From Octopus vulgaris (Eukaryota), in contig OX597843.1 in assembly GCA_951406725.2 (NCBI GenBank), positions 14,074,001 to 14,138,000 of the forward strand: a stretch of 64,000 nt of DNA, in the 5' to 3' direction. The notes under the pieces were generated by a model, which was not told the origin of the DNA, did not search any database, and was given only the letters and a program-made list of their open reading frames with translations. Below, one piece after another: positions 1 through 13,630 of this stretch (position 1 is its first letter; the number at the start of each line of letters is the position of its first letter). The translations under genes were made by a program, and so were the position numbers.

Positions 1-112
1 TCTAATTCAGAAACTCTCTTTCCACAAAAAGGTATCTAACCAACCTCCTCTCCTTTCATTTATCTCTAGCCCTATTATGTCAACACTTATCCTCTCTGTT
101 TATCTATTCTGT

Positions 113-268
113 TTGTTTGTCTCTCTCTCTCTTTCTTTCCCTCTCTCTTTCTTTCTCTCTCTCTTTCTTTCCCTCTTTCTCTTTCTCTCCCTCTCTCTCT
201 CCCCCCTCTCTCTCTCTCTCTCTCCCCTCTCTCTCTTTCTCCCACTTCTCTCTCTCTCTCTCTCTCTC
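113..268. repeat. (CT)n-rich microsatellite
   Basis: Visible CT/CTTT runs; source of the spurious Ser/Leu ORFs. Confidence 0.9.
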
Positions 269-307
269 ATTGCACATAGAATTATTTGTTGTTCCCTATC
301 TTATAAA

Positions 308-948
308 AGCTCTGATCAAAAAGTATCGGGAATGGTGCTATAAAAAGAAAACAACCAAACATCTCAATTTGGCATATAATCTCCTTCAAAGTAGACCCTT
401 TTTGAAGCCATACCCTTTATCCAGGATCATTTCCATTGACGGAAGCCTTCCAGGAACTCTGCTTTCGGCACAGCGAGCCGCTGCCTTATAGCATTCTCTT
501 GAAATTTTGTTGGGTTTTTCCACTGGGAAGACTGAGCCTTAGTTTAAGGATTGTAGCCATAAACCCATCATTTGTCACCCGTCATGACCGTTTTCAAAAA
601 GTTTCCCTTTTCCTCAACACAACTGAGACCCAATCTTTCAAATTTCATTTGATTTTTGCCTTGGTCTTGGGGTCATACCACAGACCCACGATTCATGATC
701 TGTCAACCGTTTTCAAAAAGTTTCCCTTTTCCTCAACACAAGGGATCCAGCACAGCTGAGACCTGATCTTCCTTTTGAAGTGACCACACTCTACACACTT
801 TCCTTCCAAGCATTGCTATAAACAGCGGAAGTGAGTGAGAATGTTATAACTCAATGAGCATGCAGTCAATCTGTGCCAAGTGGCTTCCCTCTACATACTT
901 TAGCTCTGTTACCATAGAAACAGTCCCAATAATTTTTGATCAGATCTT
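308..948 (-). mobile_element. Internally deleted mariner-like element
   Basis: Imperfect TIRs (tctgatcaaaaagtat / aatttttgatcaga). Decayed transposase pieces homologous to 5513-6004; internal duplication at about 580-640 / 690-760. Confidence 0.65.
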
Positions 949-978
949 GGAAACATTAGTCTCTCTTGTATTCTACAG

Positions 979-1055
979 AATCCTAGAATTCCTGGAAGCT
1001 TGACCATGACAGACGAACAATTCAATAAAATTTTTGGAGCTGATGTAAATAACTA
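979..1055 (+). CDS. HIP1: HIP1/HIP1R-family exon A (ANTH domain): NPRIPGSLTMTDEQFNKIFGADVNN(Y)
   Basis: ttctacag acceptor, gtaagt donor, 77 nt, phase 0-2. Matches human HIP1 NPRFPGNLQMSD...DVNNF as recalled. Upstream exons lie outside the window. Confidence 0.93.
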
Positions 1056-1198
1056 GTAAGTGTAAACAACAAATTTGTAATTAGTAACTTCTTGGCTTAA
1101 CCTTTGTTAACGAGGGTGAGTCAACCCTTGTACTTACATGGCTGAGTCAGAAGGTAGTGCAATTAAAAATTACATTACTTTCTAAATCACCATGTGTG

Positions 1199-1237
<39 letters not shown>

Positions 1238-1239
1238 TG

Positions 1240-2158
1240 GGTCATCCCATAAATAACACTTTTTTTTTTTTTTATACATCTCTTATTTTTCAAAATTCAG
1301 ATAAAGCTCTTTTTTAATCTAAAATATACTCTCCTTCGTTTTCTGCAATGCTCTTCCATTTATCTGGTAGACTTGCAAGGCCCCTCTTCCAAAATTCACT
1401 AGTCCTTGATGAAAAATACTCTGCTAGTTCTGTCCTGACTTCGTCTACAGAATTCATATTTTTTCCCACCAAATGATTTTGGAGACTGCGGAATAAATGA
1501 CAGTTAGATGGTGCAATGTCCGGCAAATATGGTGGGTGGGGCATCGTTTCCCATTCAAACTGCCCCTGCCTAAGGAATGTCATCCTTGCCATGTGTGGTC
1601 AAGCATTAGCCTAACGGAAGAACGCCTCTCATCTTGAAACCAAAGACGGTCATTTTCCTTCTAGCGCAGGTGTTGATGAATGGTTGAATGGTCAAATCCA
1701 AGCGTCTCTCTTAGTTCCTCAACAGTTATGATGGAATTTTGTTCAACCAGGGTTTGCAGGATGTCCTTGTTGAGCTCTACAGATCTTTCAGGACGAGGCT
1801 CATCTTGGAAGCCTGTAGTTTCCGGTTCAGAATATCTGGAACCACCATCGACACTGGCTTAATATTTATCGTCCAGTCCCCATATACAGCATTAATATTC
1901 CTTGTATCGTCCATTGTGTTGTTGCCTTTACTGAACTCATAAAGCAAAATATGCCGAATATGCTCCTTTGTCACTTCCATTATAGCTTTGAAAAAACAAC
2001 TACTAAAATTGAACTGCACTCTTCAAAACTTGCACTAAGAATAAGTACAAGCTAAAATTACTACCTGCTTTTATTGCAAGTTGATGCAGGTAGTTTATCC
2101 CATCCTCTTCCAACTTATAGTTCATGCAATTGAAAATACAGCATTGTATATGGGATGA

Positions 2159-2160
<2 letters not shown>
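1240..2160 (-). mobile_element. Defective mariner transposon
   Basis: TIRs ggtcatcccata / tatgggatgacc. Minus-strand ORF pieces KEHIRHILLYEF (N-terminal HTH) and HPPYLPDIAPSNCHLFRSLQNHL (mariner YSPDLAPSD motif). Central catalytic part deleted. Confidence 0.9.
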
Positions 2161-2193
<33 letters not shown>

Positions 2194-3647
2194 GACAGAC
2201 AGACAGATTAGTAGTTAGTTATAGAATTCATTAGAATCTGGGTACTTCAACACATAGAACACCAGAAATGGCTAGGTACAATAACATAGGATTCACATTG
2301 TGGGTTGAGGAAAGAAAACCCTAAAAGAGATTGAAATGCAATAGATCAATTCTAGGGTCATAATTATGGGTGACAATTTCATATGACACCGCTAGAAAAA
2401 ACTGCCGTTCAAACTGAAAAGATTCTAATTTGTTTGGTGAGTGCATGTTTATAAAACTCTCTCAAGAATAGGGGTATTAGGGACTTGGAAGTTGGGACTA
2501 TCTAGCCTTCATCAAATATATATATATATCTTGGCATAGCCTGCTTGAAGGCACATGATCCAGTGGTTAGGCAGCTGCACTCACAACTGCAAGATTGTGG
2601 TTTCAATCTCTAGATCTGGTGAGATGCACTGTGTTCTAGAGCAAAACACTTTCTTTCCTGTTGACCAAGTCCACTCAGCTGTAAACGAATTCCACCCCAA
2701 TGACAGACTGGCATCCAATTCTGGCAGGTAATGTTGTAATTTTGGTCATTTATACACTTGGAAACTTGGTGACCAGCCCAATGAGTCCCAGAACTTGAGA
2801 CAATGATGTCCAAGAGTTGATGAGGAGGAGGATGAGGTCAGTTTGTGTTAGAGAAGCATTGTGCTCCTGGAAACCTTTCCGAAATGCAGGGTTCTGGGGT
2901 AAGAAACATATTTTCCTACTTTCACTCTCTATTTAAAGTGAAAGTCAATGCAGATGTTTTGCAATATGGAACTTCATATCGGCGAAGGTTCTCTTGGTCA
3001 CAATGTGATTGTGACATGGGCAATGGTTGTGTGTGGGACCAGTCATCACAAGAAAACAGTTTCAGGCCTGTCAGCCCCAGGCTCGAAGAATGGTAACTGG
3101 TGTTTTACGGGTATTTATCACTGTTATCTGATGCCACACAAGTGACTCTTTATGGAGACTTCACACCCTGTTTGCCATTCCATCCACCGAGAATCCTAAG
3201 ACAATAGAAGGGTGATGACATGTGCAGACATTTACCAGTTGGAAGCACACAGTTACGAACCTTCAAATTGGTGGCAGGGATCTTAGCTTAACACCATTGT
3301 TGTGTCTTCTAGAGACAGGGACCAACTCTGGTAGAGATTCTTGCCACTTTGCAGACTTTTAGGGACAGCATTTCTCACCTAAATTTCTGGGAAGGTGCTA
3401 GATAAGTTAGAGTAAACATCACTTAGTCTCACTGTCATCCCTGACCACTTTGGCTACCACCATCAACTATTGCTATCAGCCCATTACAAACACAGAAAGG
3501 CTGAATGGTGTGTGTATGGCAGATATGGTAGCGATGGTGGTGGTACTGTTGTGTATCCTGAAGCTTTGCGAATGAGGTCCAAATTATATCATTATTCTGA
3601 TGAAAATTGTTCATTGCTTGAAAAATATTGGTCGAGTTTAAGCTAGT

Positions 3648-4153
3648 ATATATGTGTGTGTGTACATGTCTGTGTATACGTGTGTGTGTGTATGTATACA
3701 TATGTGTGTGTATATACATATGTGTTACATATGTGTGTATATACATGTGTGTGTGTATACATGTGTGTGTGTATACATGTGTGTGTGTGTATACATGTGT
3801 GTGTGTGTATACATGTGTGTGTGTGTATACATATGTGTGTGTGTATACATATGTGTGTGTATATACATATGTGTGTGTATATACATATGTGTGTGTATAC
3901 ATATGTGTGTGTATATACATATGTGTGAGTATATACATATGTGTGTGTGTATGTATACATATATGTGTGTGTGTGAGTGTATACATATATATATATATAT
4001 ATATGAATGTGTGTGTCTATGTATGTATATATAATATGAATTTGTGTATGCATATATGTGTGTGTATATGCACACACACACATGTATGCATTTGTGTAGA
4101 TATGCATGCATGCACATGTATATACGAGTGTATGTATGTATGTGTTTGTGTGT
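3648..4153. repeat. Compound (TG)/(TA) microsatellite with ~18-nt higher-order unit gtgtgtgtatacatatgt
   Basis: Direct inspection. Confidence 0.9.
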
Positions 4154-4223
4154 GAAATGTTGCTTTACCGAACATGAACTCCCATCAATTTGCCTCTTGT
4201 GACTCCTTTCTATTTTGTTGCAG

Positions 4224-4285
4224 TTTTGAAGTGTCATGTGACATGCTTGACTACCTGGATGAGATCCTTGTGTTGCAGGAAGCAG
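4224..4285 (+). CDS. HIP1: HIP1 exon B: FEVSCDMLDYLDEILVLQEA
   Basis: tttgttgcag / gtacgt, 62 nt, phase 2-1. Similar to HIP1 FQLTVEMFDYLECEL. Confidence 0.93.
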
Positions 4286-4337
4286 GTACGTAGGGGAAAT
4301 GGCAGGGCACTCACTGATCCTTCTTTATTTTTTTTAT

Positions 4338-4368
<31 letters not shown>

Positions 4369-4457
4369 GTATATCAAAACATAAGATTTGAGGAATTTGG
4401 TACATTTTCCAAATATATTATTTACCAAGTTTCAGAGTCTTTTGTTTTTATATGTAA

Positions 4458-4847
4458 CTAGCAGTATCACCCAGTGTTGCTTGGGTTTGTTTCGACCCTT
4501 TAGAATTGGAATTTTTGAAAAGTAAAAATTTTGCATTATGCAACTTGTTATTCTCTTCAAGTGAACATTTTTCCAGTTGAAATACACCGAAAAATGGTGA
4601 CACAGCAGTCAAAAGTCGTAAAAAAATAGGGATTTTCATAGAAAAAAAGCACCTTTTTGATGTAAATAACTTTTGGTGTTAACATGGTCCAATTTGAATT
4701 TTATCTTCTACAGAATGAAGAGCAAGCCTTCTTCTATCATACTTTCAATTTTGGTCAACTTGTGCCGCAGGGTCTCAGAGGAGATAGTGTTACTTGAAGG
4801 CTACCAAACCTGCCACACACAGACAACTTCAGCTTTATATATATAGA
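4458..4847 (-). mobile_element. Non-autonomous Helitron-like element
   Basis: On the minus strand: A|TCTATATATATAAAGCTGAAG...GATACTGCTAG|T, no TSD. Same ends as 43333-43644. Confidence 0.7.
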
Positions 4848-5512
4848 TTTGCTACACGCTACTTTCCATCCTTAATAATGAAACTTGGTAGATCCAAAAG
4901 TTAAACACACAGACACACAAGTTGAATTTTATATATATATAGATTATTCTGCAATTAGAATTCACCAGAAATTTCTAATGCTTTGTATTTTGCTTTATTT
5001 AAAATAAAACATCTAAATACATACATTTGATTAATGTGCTTCATAAGGACCCAAATTGAATTATGACCCCCTTATATACACTATATATATATATTTATAG
5101 TCTTGCAAGGTGATCGTGTCAGTGTAAGTGCCACTTAAAAAGCATCCAGTCCACACTGTAAAGTGGTTGGCATTTGGAAGGGCATCCAGCTTTGAAAATC
5201 CTGCCAAAACAGTTGCAAAAGTCTGGTGTAAGCTTCTCCCTGGCCAGCTTCTGTCAAACTGTCCCACCCATGCCAACATGGAAAGCGGATGTTAAATGAT
5301 GATGAGATACATATAATATAATGACCATAAAAATATGCTGCATAAAACTGTAAAATAGGAGGAAATAAATTTTGAGGATGAACAAGTCTCTTTCGTCTCC
5401 ACCGTTTTTATTTTGATGTTGATTCTATTGGATGTTAGTTCTATTTGAATGCTTTTGTATTTGATTGATGTCATTAACCAAGTTCGCTTAAACCCTGAGC
5501 TCCTTCTAGATT

Positions 5513-6004
5513 CGAGGTCTGATAAAAAATTACCAGGATTGGTCCCATGATAAGAAAACTGCTAAACATCTCAATTTGGTGTTTAATCTCTTTCAAAGTA
5601 GCCCCTTTCTGAAGCCACATACTTTATCCAGCATCATTTCCATTGATGGAAGCATTCCTGGATTTCCTTTTTTGGGGATAGCAAGCAAGGTGCCTCGTTG
5701 CGTTCTCTTCAGTTTTTCCATGACATCTTGAAATCTTGTTGTGGTCTTCCATTGCAGAGGCTGAGCCTTGGTTTCAGGGCCAAAGCCATAAACCCATGAT
5801 TTGTCACCTGTTATGACTGTTTTCAAACAATGTTTGTCCTCCTCGACACCATCAAGAAGATCCAGCCCAGCTGAAACTCGACTTTCTTTTCAAGATGACC
5901 CCACTCTGCTTCCGAGCACTTCTCTAAACAACGGCAGTGAGTGGGAACGTTGTCACTGAGTGTGTTACCAGGCACGAGTCCAAATACTTTTTGACCAGAC
6001 CTCA
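5513..6004 (-). mobile_element. Internally deleted mariner-like element
   Basis: TIRs cgaggtctgataaaaa / tttttgaccagacctc. Peptide VITGDKSWVYGFGPETKAQ is the mariner TGDE-W motif. Confidence 0.8.
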
Positions 6005-6536
6005 GATTCGCCTGGATTTATTGATCCCTTTTACCGCTTATTTGATATATTCATGGATTTTCTGTGTGTGAACCATTCTAGCCATCCATTACAATTAACC
6101 ATTGTAATTAGTTTTGGTCAAATATGTTGACCCCTGATGGTTTGCTATGCTTGAGCAGACATGACAATCTAAGTAAAATTGTGGTTGTCCTTGCATACAG
6201 GCGTGCCCCCTGCAACTTCTTTCAGCTGAGTCCCTAATCTTGCAGGCTTGTAAGGACTGATGCCATGTAAAAAGCACCCATACCAGTGTCACTTAAAGAT
6301 ACCCAGTGCACTTTGTAAAGTGGTTGGCAAAGGGCACGAAGCCATACAAACAGACATTCTGAAACAGATAGGGAGCGAGGGCAGCTCTTCAGTTGGCCAA
6401 CCCGTTCAACCCATGCCAGCATGGAAAACTGATGTTAAATGATGTTGTAGTGTGGTCCTCTGGCCAGTCATAGGGTCACCGCAATGGTCAAACATCTTCT
6501 TATGGTGACTGTACAGTCATCTTCTTCAAATGTATC

Positions 6537-6767
6537 CATTTGTTTACTACCCACAAGGGGCTAAACATAGAGAGGACAAACAAGGACAGACAAATAGATT
6601 AAGTCGATTATATCGACCCCAGTCCGTAACTGGTAGTTATTTAATCGACCCCAAAAGGATGAAAGGCAAAGTCGACCCTGGCAGAATTTGAACTCAGAAC
6701 GTAATGGCAGAGGAAATTCGGCTACGTATTTCGCCCGTCCTGCTAAGGGTTCTGCCAGCTCACCACC
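6537..6767 (-). mobile_element. tRNA-derived SINE (Meta-like core) with Tx1-like tail
   Basis: A/B-box head (TGGCAGAA, GTTCAAATT), core GCCTTTCATCCTTTTGGGGTCGAT, 12-bp TSD TTCAAATGTATC. Confidence 0.85.
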
Positions 6768-6912
6768 TTCAAATGTATCACAACTAAGGCCCTCATGAAA
6801 CCTGTCTAGTTTTAGAAACATTTCATGGTGTGACGTGAGGGGTTCTATGTAATAAAGACATTGCTTTCTATAATCTCTCTCTCTCTCTCTCTTTCTCTCT
6901 TCCCATCTGCAG

Positions 6913-7053
6913 TATTTGGCTCACTAGACATGTCTCGGTCAAACTCAATGACCAACTCAGGCCAGTGTCGACTCGCTCCACTCATACCCTGTATACTTGA
7001 CTCATGCCAGCTCTATGACTATTTGGTGAAGTCACTCTTCAAGCTTCACTCAA
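6913..7053 (+). CDS. HIP1: HIP1 exon C: VFGSLDMSRSNSMTNSGQCRLAPLIPCILDSCQLYDYLVKSLFKLHS
   Basis: CT tract + ctgcag / gtaagt, 141 nt, phase 1-1. Diagnostic HIP1 motif SLDMSRS..GQCRLAPLI..LYDY.VK.LFKLHS. Confidence 0.97.
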
Positions 7054-7308
7054 GTAAGTATGAGTAACAACTCCAGTTTCTTCATTGGAAAGATTTTGCT
7101 TTGATTTTTACTCATGTATTAAATTGCGTATGTGTGTGTATATACACACACACACACACACATATATAGACATATATACATGCATACACACACATACATA
7201 TATATACAATCATATATATACAGACACACACACACATATATATACATATAATGGCGGTGCCCCAGCATGGCCACAGCTTGTGAGCTGAAACTAGATAAAA
7301 TAAAATTA

Positions 7309-7370
<62 letters not shown>

Positions 7371-8029
7371 CACACACACATATATATGAAGTTTCAAATG
7401 GAGATAGGTTGCCCCTATCCAAGTGTACATATTAATTAATTAACTTGGATTTCATTAATTAGTGTTTGTATTAGTGTTAGCACTTATGAACTTCCCTTTG
7501 TCATTCGATTCCATATTAGGACATCAGAATCTTAATAACATAAAAGAAAAGGGAGAGTTTGAAGACAGAAAGATTGATTTACTTATATAATAGTCAATTT
7601 CTTACCTTCATTCCTATTTTGCAGTTAACATTGCATTATGTATTCAAAAGGTAAAACCCTCCTCAGGGCAGAAATTGACCAAAATTCACTCCCGTCCTCA
7701 ATGGATGGACAGCTGCTCACAGACTGAGCAAACAGCATGCTTTTGTGTGTTTGTTTGTGTCTTTTAGATTCCTTTCTAAAAAATAACTTGAGGTTCACCT
7801 ATGACCACAGTGGACAATGGATAGTTGTAGTTCTGTGGAAGTAGGTCATACGACCCTTCTCCTTAGATTGGTTTTTATAAAGGCTGCTTCCCATTCCTAT
7901 ATCTACTCACTTGTGAAAAGAATAAAAATAAAAGACAGATATTTGTAAGAATCTAAATCAATATGTTTATTTCACTTCAACTTATTCAGTTGTTAGAATT
8001 TCAATTTTTATTACCTTTTTTAGTGGCTA

Positions 8030-8478
8030 ACCGGCTTCCGTGCCAGTGGCACTTAAAGGGCGCCATTCGAGCCTGATCGTTACCAGCGTCGCCTTACTGG
8101 CACTTGTGCCCGTGCTAGTAGGGTGCCAAGAGCACCATCCGAGCATGATCGTTGCCAGAGCAGCCAACTGGCTTCCGTACCTGTGGCACGTAAAAGGGCA
8201 CCATTCGAGTGTGATCGTTACCAACATCGCCTTACTGGCACCTGTGCCAGTGGCATGAGGTCGTTGCCAGTACTGCCTGACTGGCCCCATGTCGGTGCCA
8301 CGTAAAAGCACCCACTACACTGTCAGAGTGGTTGGCGTTAGGAAGGGCATCCAGCTGTAGAAACACTGCCAAATCAAGATTGGAGCCTGGTGCAGCCATC
8401 TGGTTTGCCAGCCCTCAGTCGAAATCGTCCAACCCATGCTAGCATGGAAAGCGGACGTTAAACGATGATGAGGATGAT
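8030..8478 (+). mobile_element. RTE-tail non-autonomous element with internal tandem units
   Basis: Ends ...GCATGGAAAGCGGACGTTAAACGATGATG. Other copies at about 11395-11710(-), 17434-17937(+), 19515-19984(+), 24170-24440(-), 26665-26836(-), 31215-31535(+), 38030-38398(+), 63181-63525(-). Confidence 0.75.
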
Positions 8479-9761
8479 ATTAGTCTTATTTGTTGATAGT
8501 TTAGGTTATTATATATATTTTAGTTAAATTTATTTTTATATTTAATGGGGGTATGATTCATTATGTATCATGTGTGGAGCTAAACTATTTTCCAACAGTG
8601 AGGCTACATTTCATTTTAAGGTTACTTCCTATGTTTCATTGATTTTTTATCATTCATGGAGTGTTTATATGCACACACACACACATATACACACACACGC
8701 ACACACACACATATACATACGTAGCGTAATCCTTTGACTATTGGGGGTGTTACTTTCCAAAACCTCACACAGAAAATAATGAAAATCTAAAACAATATAA
8801 GTACCTATCGGCCACAGAAACCCGTGATATACTGGGGTGTCCGTGATATAAATTTACATATATTAGCCAGAAAAATTTGTAATGTACTGAGTGTGCGATA
8901 GGTGAACTACAATATGGCAAGGGATTACTGTGTGTGTGTGTATGTATGTATAGATATATGTATATATGTATAGATGTATGTATGTATAGATGTATGTATG
9001 TATATATATAGATATATGTGTGTATATAGACATGTGTATATGTATGTATATATAGATATATGTATGTATATAGATATGTGTATATGTATGCACATATGCA
9101 TATATATATATATATATATAATATAGGGATGGTATTATTAAAATACCATCACAAGTGGTAAGCGAAATATTAGCCGCACAGGCAAATTAATAGAATATAT
9201 ACATACAATATTAGATATGTACATATATACATAAGGGTACTACTACATGAGTACCTATATCGCCAATGATAGAAGTCGAAAAATACTTTTGTACCACCGA
9301 ATAGTCACAAATCTATTACAGACAAGATAGGGAAAAAAATAAAATATATGTATATATATTTATAGTAGATAAATGAATTATCTTATTACAGATAATTCAA
9401 ATGATAACCGATACCTGGGTAGCAAAAATCACAACAGAAAAAGCACGGTTGAGGTTACAACCATGGGGCCTAAAATCTGTGCCTTAGTGCGGAAATTTGA
9501 AGTTTTATCCTACACTAAATATATATATATTTATATGTATGTATATATATGTATTTCTCTTTCCTTGTGAATATAACAAGTTCTGTGTGTTCCTTTATTC
9601 GATATATTTAGAATTATTTGAGTGGTTGTATACTGTCAACTTAACGTAACAGTAAGGGAATTACACCACTGCTGTTTAGCCCTAGGAAGCATCGACGCTT
9701 CCTGTCGGCCTCAACACATTTCCTGTGTCCTTATATATTTACAAAGGGGAGACAAATAGGC

Positions 9762-9820
9762 CTGCATCTAGAGACATGCATGTTTCTGGGTCTTTGCCCC
9801 TCATCGGTCTAGAGTAGCAG
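9762..9820 (-). ncRNA. Degenerate type I hammerhead ribozyme motif (Penelope/retrozyme-like)
   Basis: Minus strand: CTGCtac TCTAGA CCGATGA GGGGcaaagaCCCA GAAAC ATGCAT GTC TCTAGA tGCAG. Stems I-III present, two core substitutions. Confidence 0.65.
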
Positions 9821-10149
9821 AAGCCTGCTAGCTGAAGATATCTGTCTAGACTTCGTAAATATATATATCTAATTTTCAGTGAAGTTTATTCACTGATCTT
9901 GTTCTAGATCTTTGTTTCTTCACAGAATCCCCATCTAATTATCTTCATTTGGAACTACCAGATGTATATATCCATTCCAATGTTGATTTAATTTTATATA
10001 TGTATGTGTATGTGTACCTTTTATCCTTTACTTATTTCAGTCATTGGTCCCTGGCCATTCTGGGGCATCGCTTGATGGTTCCAGTACTTTTCTTCTTTTT
10101 GAAATAGCCTGGCATTTATTCTATCAGTCACTTTTTGGTGAAATGTTAA

Positions 10150-12560
10150 GTTACAGGGGTGCAAACAGATCAATGCAAGCCTGAAATTGTGGGGTGGGTG
10201 CTCGTTGGCTACGTCAACCTTGGTGATCCTTGGGTATTTATCCAATCAACCCTGAAAGGAGGAAAGGTAAATTTGACCTTGGAGGAATTTGAACTCAGAA
10301 TGCTCCTAAGCATTTTGTCTAGTGTGCCAATGATTCCATCCACTTGCCGCCTTAATAATGATATTATAATAGTAATGAGTGGAAACTTTGCCAGTGTGTG
10401 TGTTAAGTAATAAGGGACTTTTCTCAGTGACAACAAAATATGCTTCAATACACGAACCCACATAAAGAATCTTGAAAACCAAATCCAGAAACGAAATAAT
10501 ATTCCTTTCTACTAAAGGCACAAGGCCTGAAATTTGTGGGGAGGGGTCTAGTTGATCATATCGACCCCAGTGATTCACTAGTTCTTAATTTATCAACTCC
10601 GAAAGGATGAAAAATGAAGTTGACCTCAATGGAATTTGGACACACAATATACAGACGGATGAAATGCCGTTAAGCATTTTTCCCAGCGTGCTAATGATTC
10701 TGTTGGTTTGCAGTCTTAATAATAATAATAATTGTTGCTACTATAGGCACAAGGCTTGAGATTTGTGGGGAGGTGACTAGTTGATCATATCAACCCCAGT
10801 AGTCAACTGGTACTTATTTTATGAAACCTGGAAGGATGAAAGGCAGTCAGAATTTGAACTCGAAACATGAAGATAGATGAAATGCCGCTAAGCATTTTGT
10901 CCAGTTCGCTAACGATTCTACCATCTCACCACCTTAATTAAGATGATAATAATAATAATATCGATGATGATGGTTTCTGATTGAGACACAAGGCCAGCAA
11001 TTTTGAAGGTACAGAGTTAGTCATTACCATTGACTTCCGCTTTTATTTTATTGCCCCTGGGGAGATGAATGGCAGAAGTGATGTCTGTGAGATTTGAACT
11101 GAGAATGTAGATAAGAAATAGTTTGTGAAAGGCGAAGCCAACCTCAGTGGAATTTGAACTCAGTGTAATGCTGCTTGGCACCTTGTCCGGCACACTCACG
11201 TTTCTGCCAGCTCCCCACCTCGCTGCTACTGCTGCTGATGATGTTGAGGATTTATGGAAACTGTCATGATTCTCCATCAAAGTAAATACGCAATAAGAAA
11301 AGTCTGACTGTTTATTGAACCATATTTTGGAAGTGTGTCGGTCTTTCTTGAAGAAGAAAGACACACACACTTCTGATTATGTAATGGTGATCATTATCAT
11401 CATCGCTTATTGTCCGCTTTCCATGCTGGCATGCGTTGCAACTGGGGTCTGGGAAGCCAGAAGGCTGCACCAGGCCCAGTCTGATCTGGCAGTGTTTCTA
11501 CGGCTGGATGCCCTTCCTAACGCCAACCACCCCGTGAGTGCAGTGGGTTCTTTTTACGTGCCAGATGGGGCTGGCAAACGGCCACGGTCGGATGGTGCTA
11601 TTTACGTGCCACCGGCACGGAAGCCAGGCGAGGCTGGCAATGGCCACGATCAGATGGTGCTTTTTACGTGCCACCGGCACGGAAGCCAGTCGGGGCGGCA
11701 CTGGCAATGGCCAAATAATAATAATAATAATATTGGTGTCAAATTTTGGCTCGAGGCTGGGAGATTTAGGGGAGAGGTAAGTTGCATTGAGCCTGAAAGG
11801 ATGAAAGGCGAAGTTTGACCTCAGTGGAATTTGAATTCAAAACATAAAGACAAACGAAATGCTGTGAAGCATTTTGCCCAGCATGCTAACAATTCTGCCA
11901 GCTCTCCGCCTTAATAATAATAATAATAATAATAATAATTTGATCAAGCCCTGGAAAGATGAACAGCAAAGTTGACTTTGGCAGAATTTGAACTCAAAAC
12001 GTAATGTGTCAGAAGAATTGCTGCTAAGCATTTTGCCCTACATGCTAATGTCTCTAACAGCTTGCTACCTTAATAATAATAATAATAATAATAATTATAT
12101 TAAATAACAATAATAATAACACTAATTACTCTAACTTTGGCAGGAGGTAATTGATACTCTCAACCCTGAAACTTGGCAGGTACCTTATTTTATTGACCTC
12201 AGAGGGATGAAAGGTTGTTGACCTTTGCAAAATCTGAACTCGGAATGTAAAACTAGAAGAAATACTGCTAAACATTTTGTTTGGTTTGCTAATGAGTCTA
12301 CAAGCTCGTTACAATAATAATAGTTTCAAATTTTGGCACAAGGCCAGCAAGTTTGGGGGAGGGAGTAAGTCAATTACATTGATCCCCAGTGCGTAACTGG
12401 TACTTATTTCATTGACTCCTAAAGGATGAAAGGCAAAGTTGACCTCAGCAGAAATTGACCTCAGAGCATGAAAAAGACAAAATCCTGCCCAGCATGCTAA
12501 CGAGTCTGTAATAACAATAATAATTGTTATTTGCAAACTAGGTGAAAGGTGTTCAATTTG
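10150..12560 (-). mobile_element. Head-to-tail array of decayed Meta-like tRNA SINEs separated by (AAT)n
   Basis: Repeated ggcacaaggcc...gaccccag...gaaaggatgaaagg...gaatttgaactc units. Similar arrays at 14180-15395, 31570-32700 and 59820-60290. Confidence 0.8.
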
Positions 12561-12795
12561 AGGTAAAGGAGCTAGTGATTATTTCGACCTTCCTCCCTTG
12601 TCTACCCCTGAAGAAGATTGACAAAAAAAAGAACAAAGGGCCATAGCTATATTGCAAAACATTTCTAGCAATGGTAAAAGGTGTTCCAGCCATGACCATC
12701 CACCTTTTAGTCTATTGGGGGATTCATTTTCACACTACTCAAAATATCCTTCGTTAGGTCAGAATTGTGGCTGTTATTTCTTGCTGGTCCGCTGA

Positions 12796-13426
12796 CCCTT
12801 TCGTTACTGTATTTCTGTTGAGATGCTCTGTGTTTCTTTCAATTACTTTAAATATAACAAAGAATTTAGTAAAATAACTTGGTTATCATTAAGCTAGTGT
12901 TAAGAACATAAATTGGGACTAAGGTTTGCTGGAAGATTTTAATCCAAAACTTTTGAAAACAAGACATTTGGGATCTTTTCGGTTTGAACGGCAGTTTTTT
13001 CTAGCGGTGTCATATGAAATTGTCACCCATAATTATGACCCTAGTATCGATCTATTGCATTTCAATCTGGGTTAGGGGTTGGGAGAAGGGTATCTTTTTT
13101 TTCTTCAGAAATGTAAATAAACCCAATCTGTTTCTTAAACGAGGGACATATTCATACGGCACAGAATGTTTTTTTACCTCAATAGACGTCATTGATTGGT
13201 TGAAATTGAAGAAATTGAAGAAAAAAACACAACAAATATCTTACAAACTATAGAATTTTCTCAATAAAGCCAAGAGAAAAAGATGTTTTATAAACACATT
13301 CTAGCAGAATACGAAGTTTAAAAGTGTTTAGTTACGTGGAAATTATTTTTAAAAACTGCCGGTCAAACCGAAAAGATTCGACATTTGTGGCCAGAGCCAG
13401 TTTCAGCTGGGTTGGTAACGAAAGGG
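12796..13426. mobile_element. piggyBac-like MITE, interrupted by a Merlin-like MITE
   Basis: TIR CCCTTTCGTTAC / GTAACGAAAGGG; TTAA on the right flank, degenerate on the left. Confidence 0.7.
12971..13379 (+). mobile_element. Merlin-like MITE
   Basis: TIR GGATCTTTTCGGTTTGAACGGCAGTTTTT, 8-bp TSD GACATTTG, GG terminus. Confidence 0.8.
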
Positions 13427-13572
13427 TTAAGGCTACTGCTTGGTGGTGATGGTCAGGGTAGGAATAGGGCTGATAATTGTTGGAGGTTTTTTATTTTTTT
13501 TATTAACTGTATTTATGTTTGTTATTGTAATTTTCCCATGATGCATTGCTGTTCCTGTTTCCTCCCCCTCAG

Positions 13573-13630
13573 GTCTACCGCCAGATACACTTTCTGGACA
13601 TAGAGATCGATTCCTTGCGGGATACAGGCA
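13573..13630 (+). CDS. HIP1: HIP1 exon D: SLPPDTLSGHRDRFLAGYR
   Basis: ccctcag / gtaagt, 58 nt, phase 1-2. Matches LPADTLQGHRDRF. Confidence 0.96.

Noticed and set aside
3435-4237. His/Thr- and Val/Cys-rich ORFs
   Set aside because: Translations of the TG/TA microsatellite.
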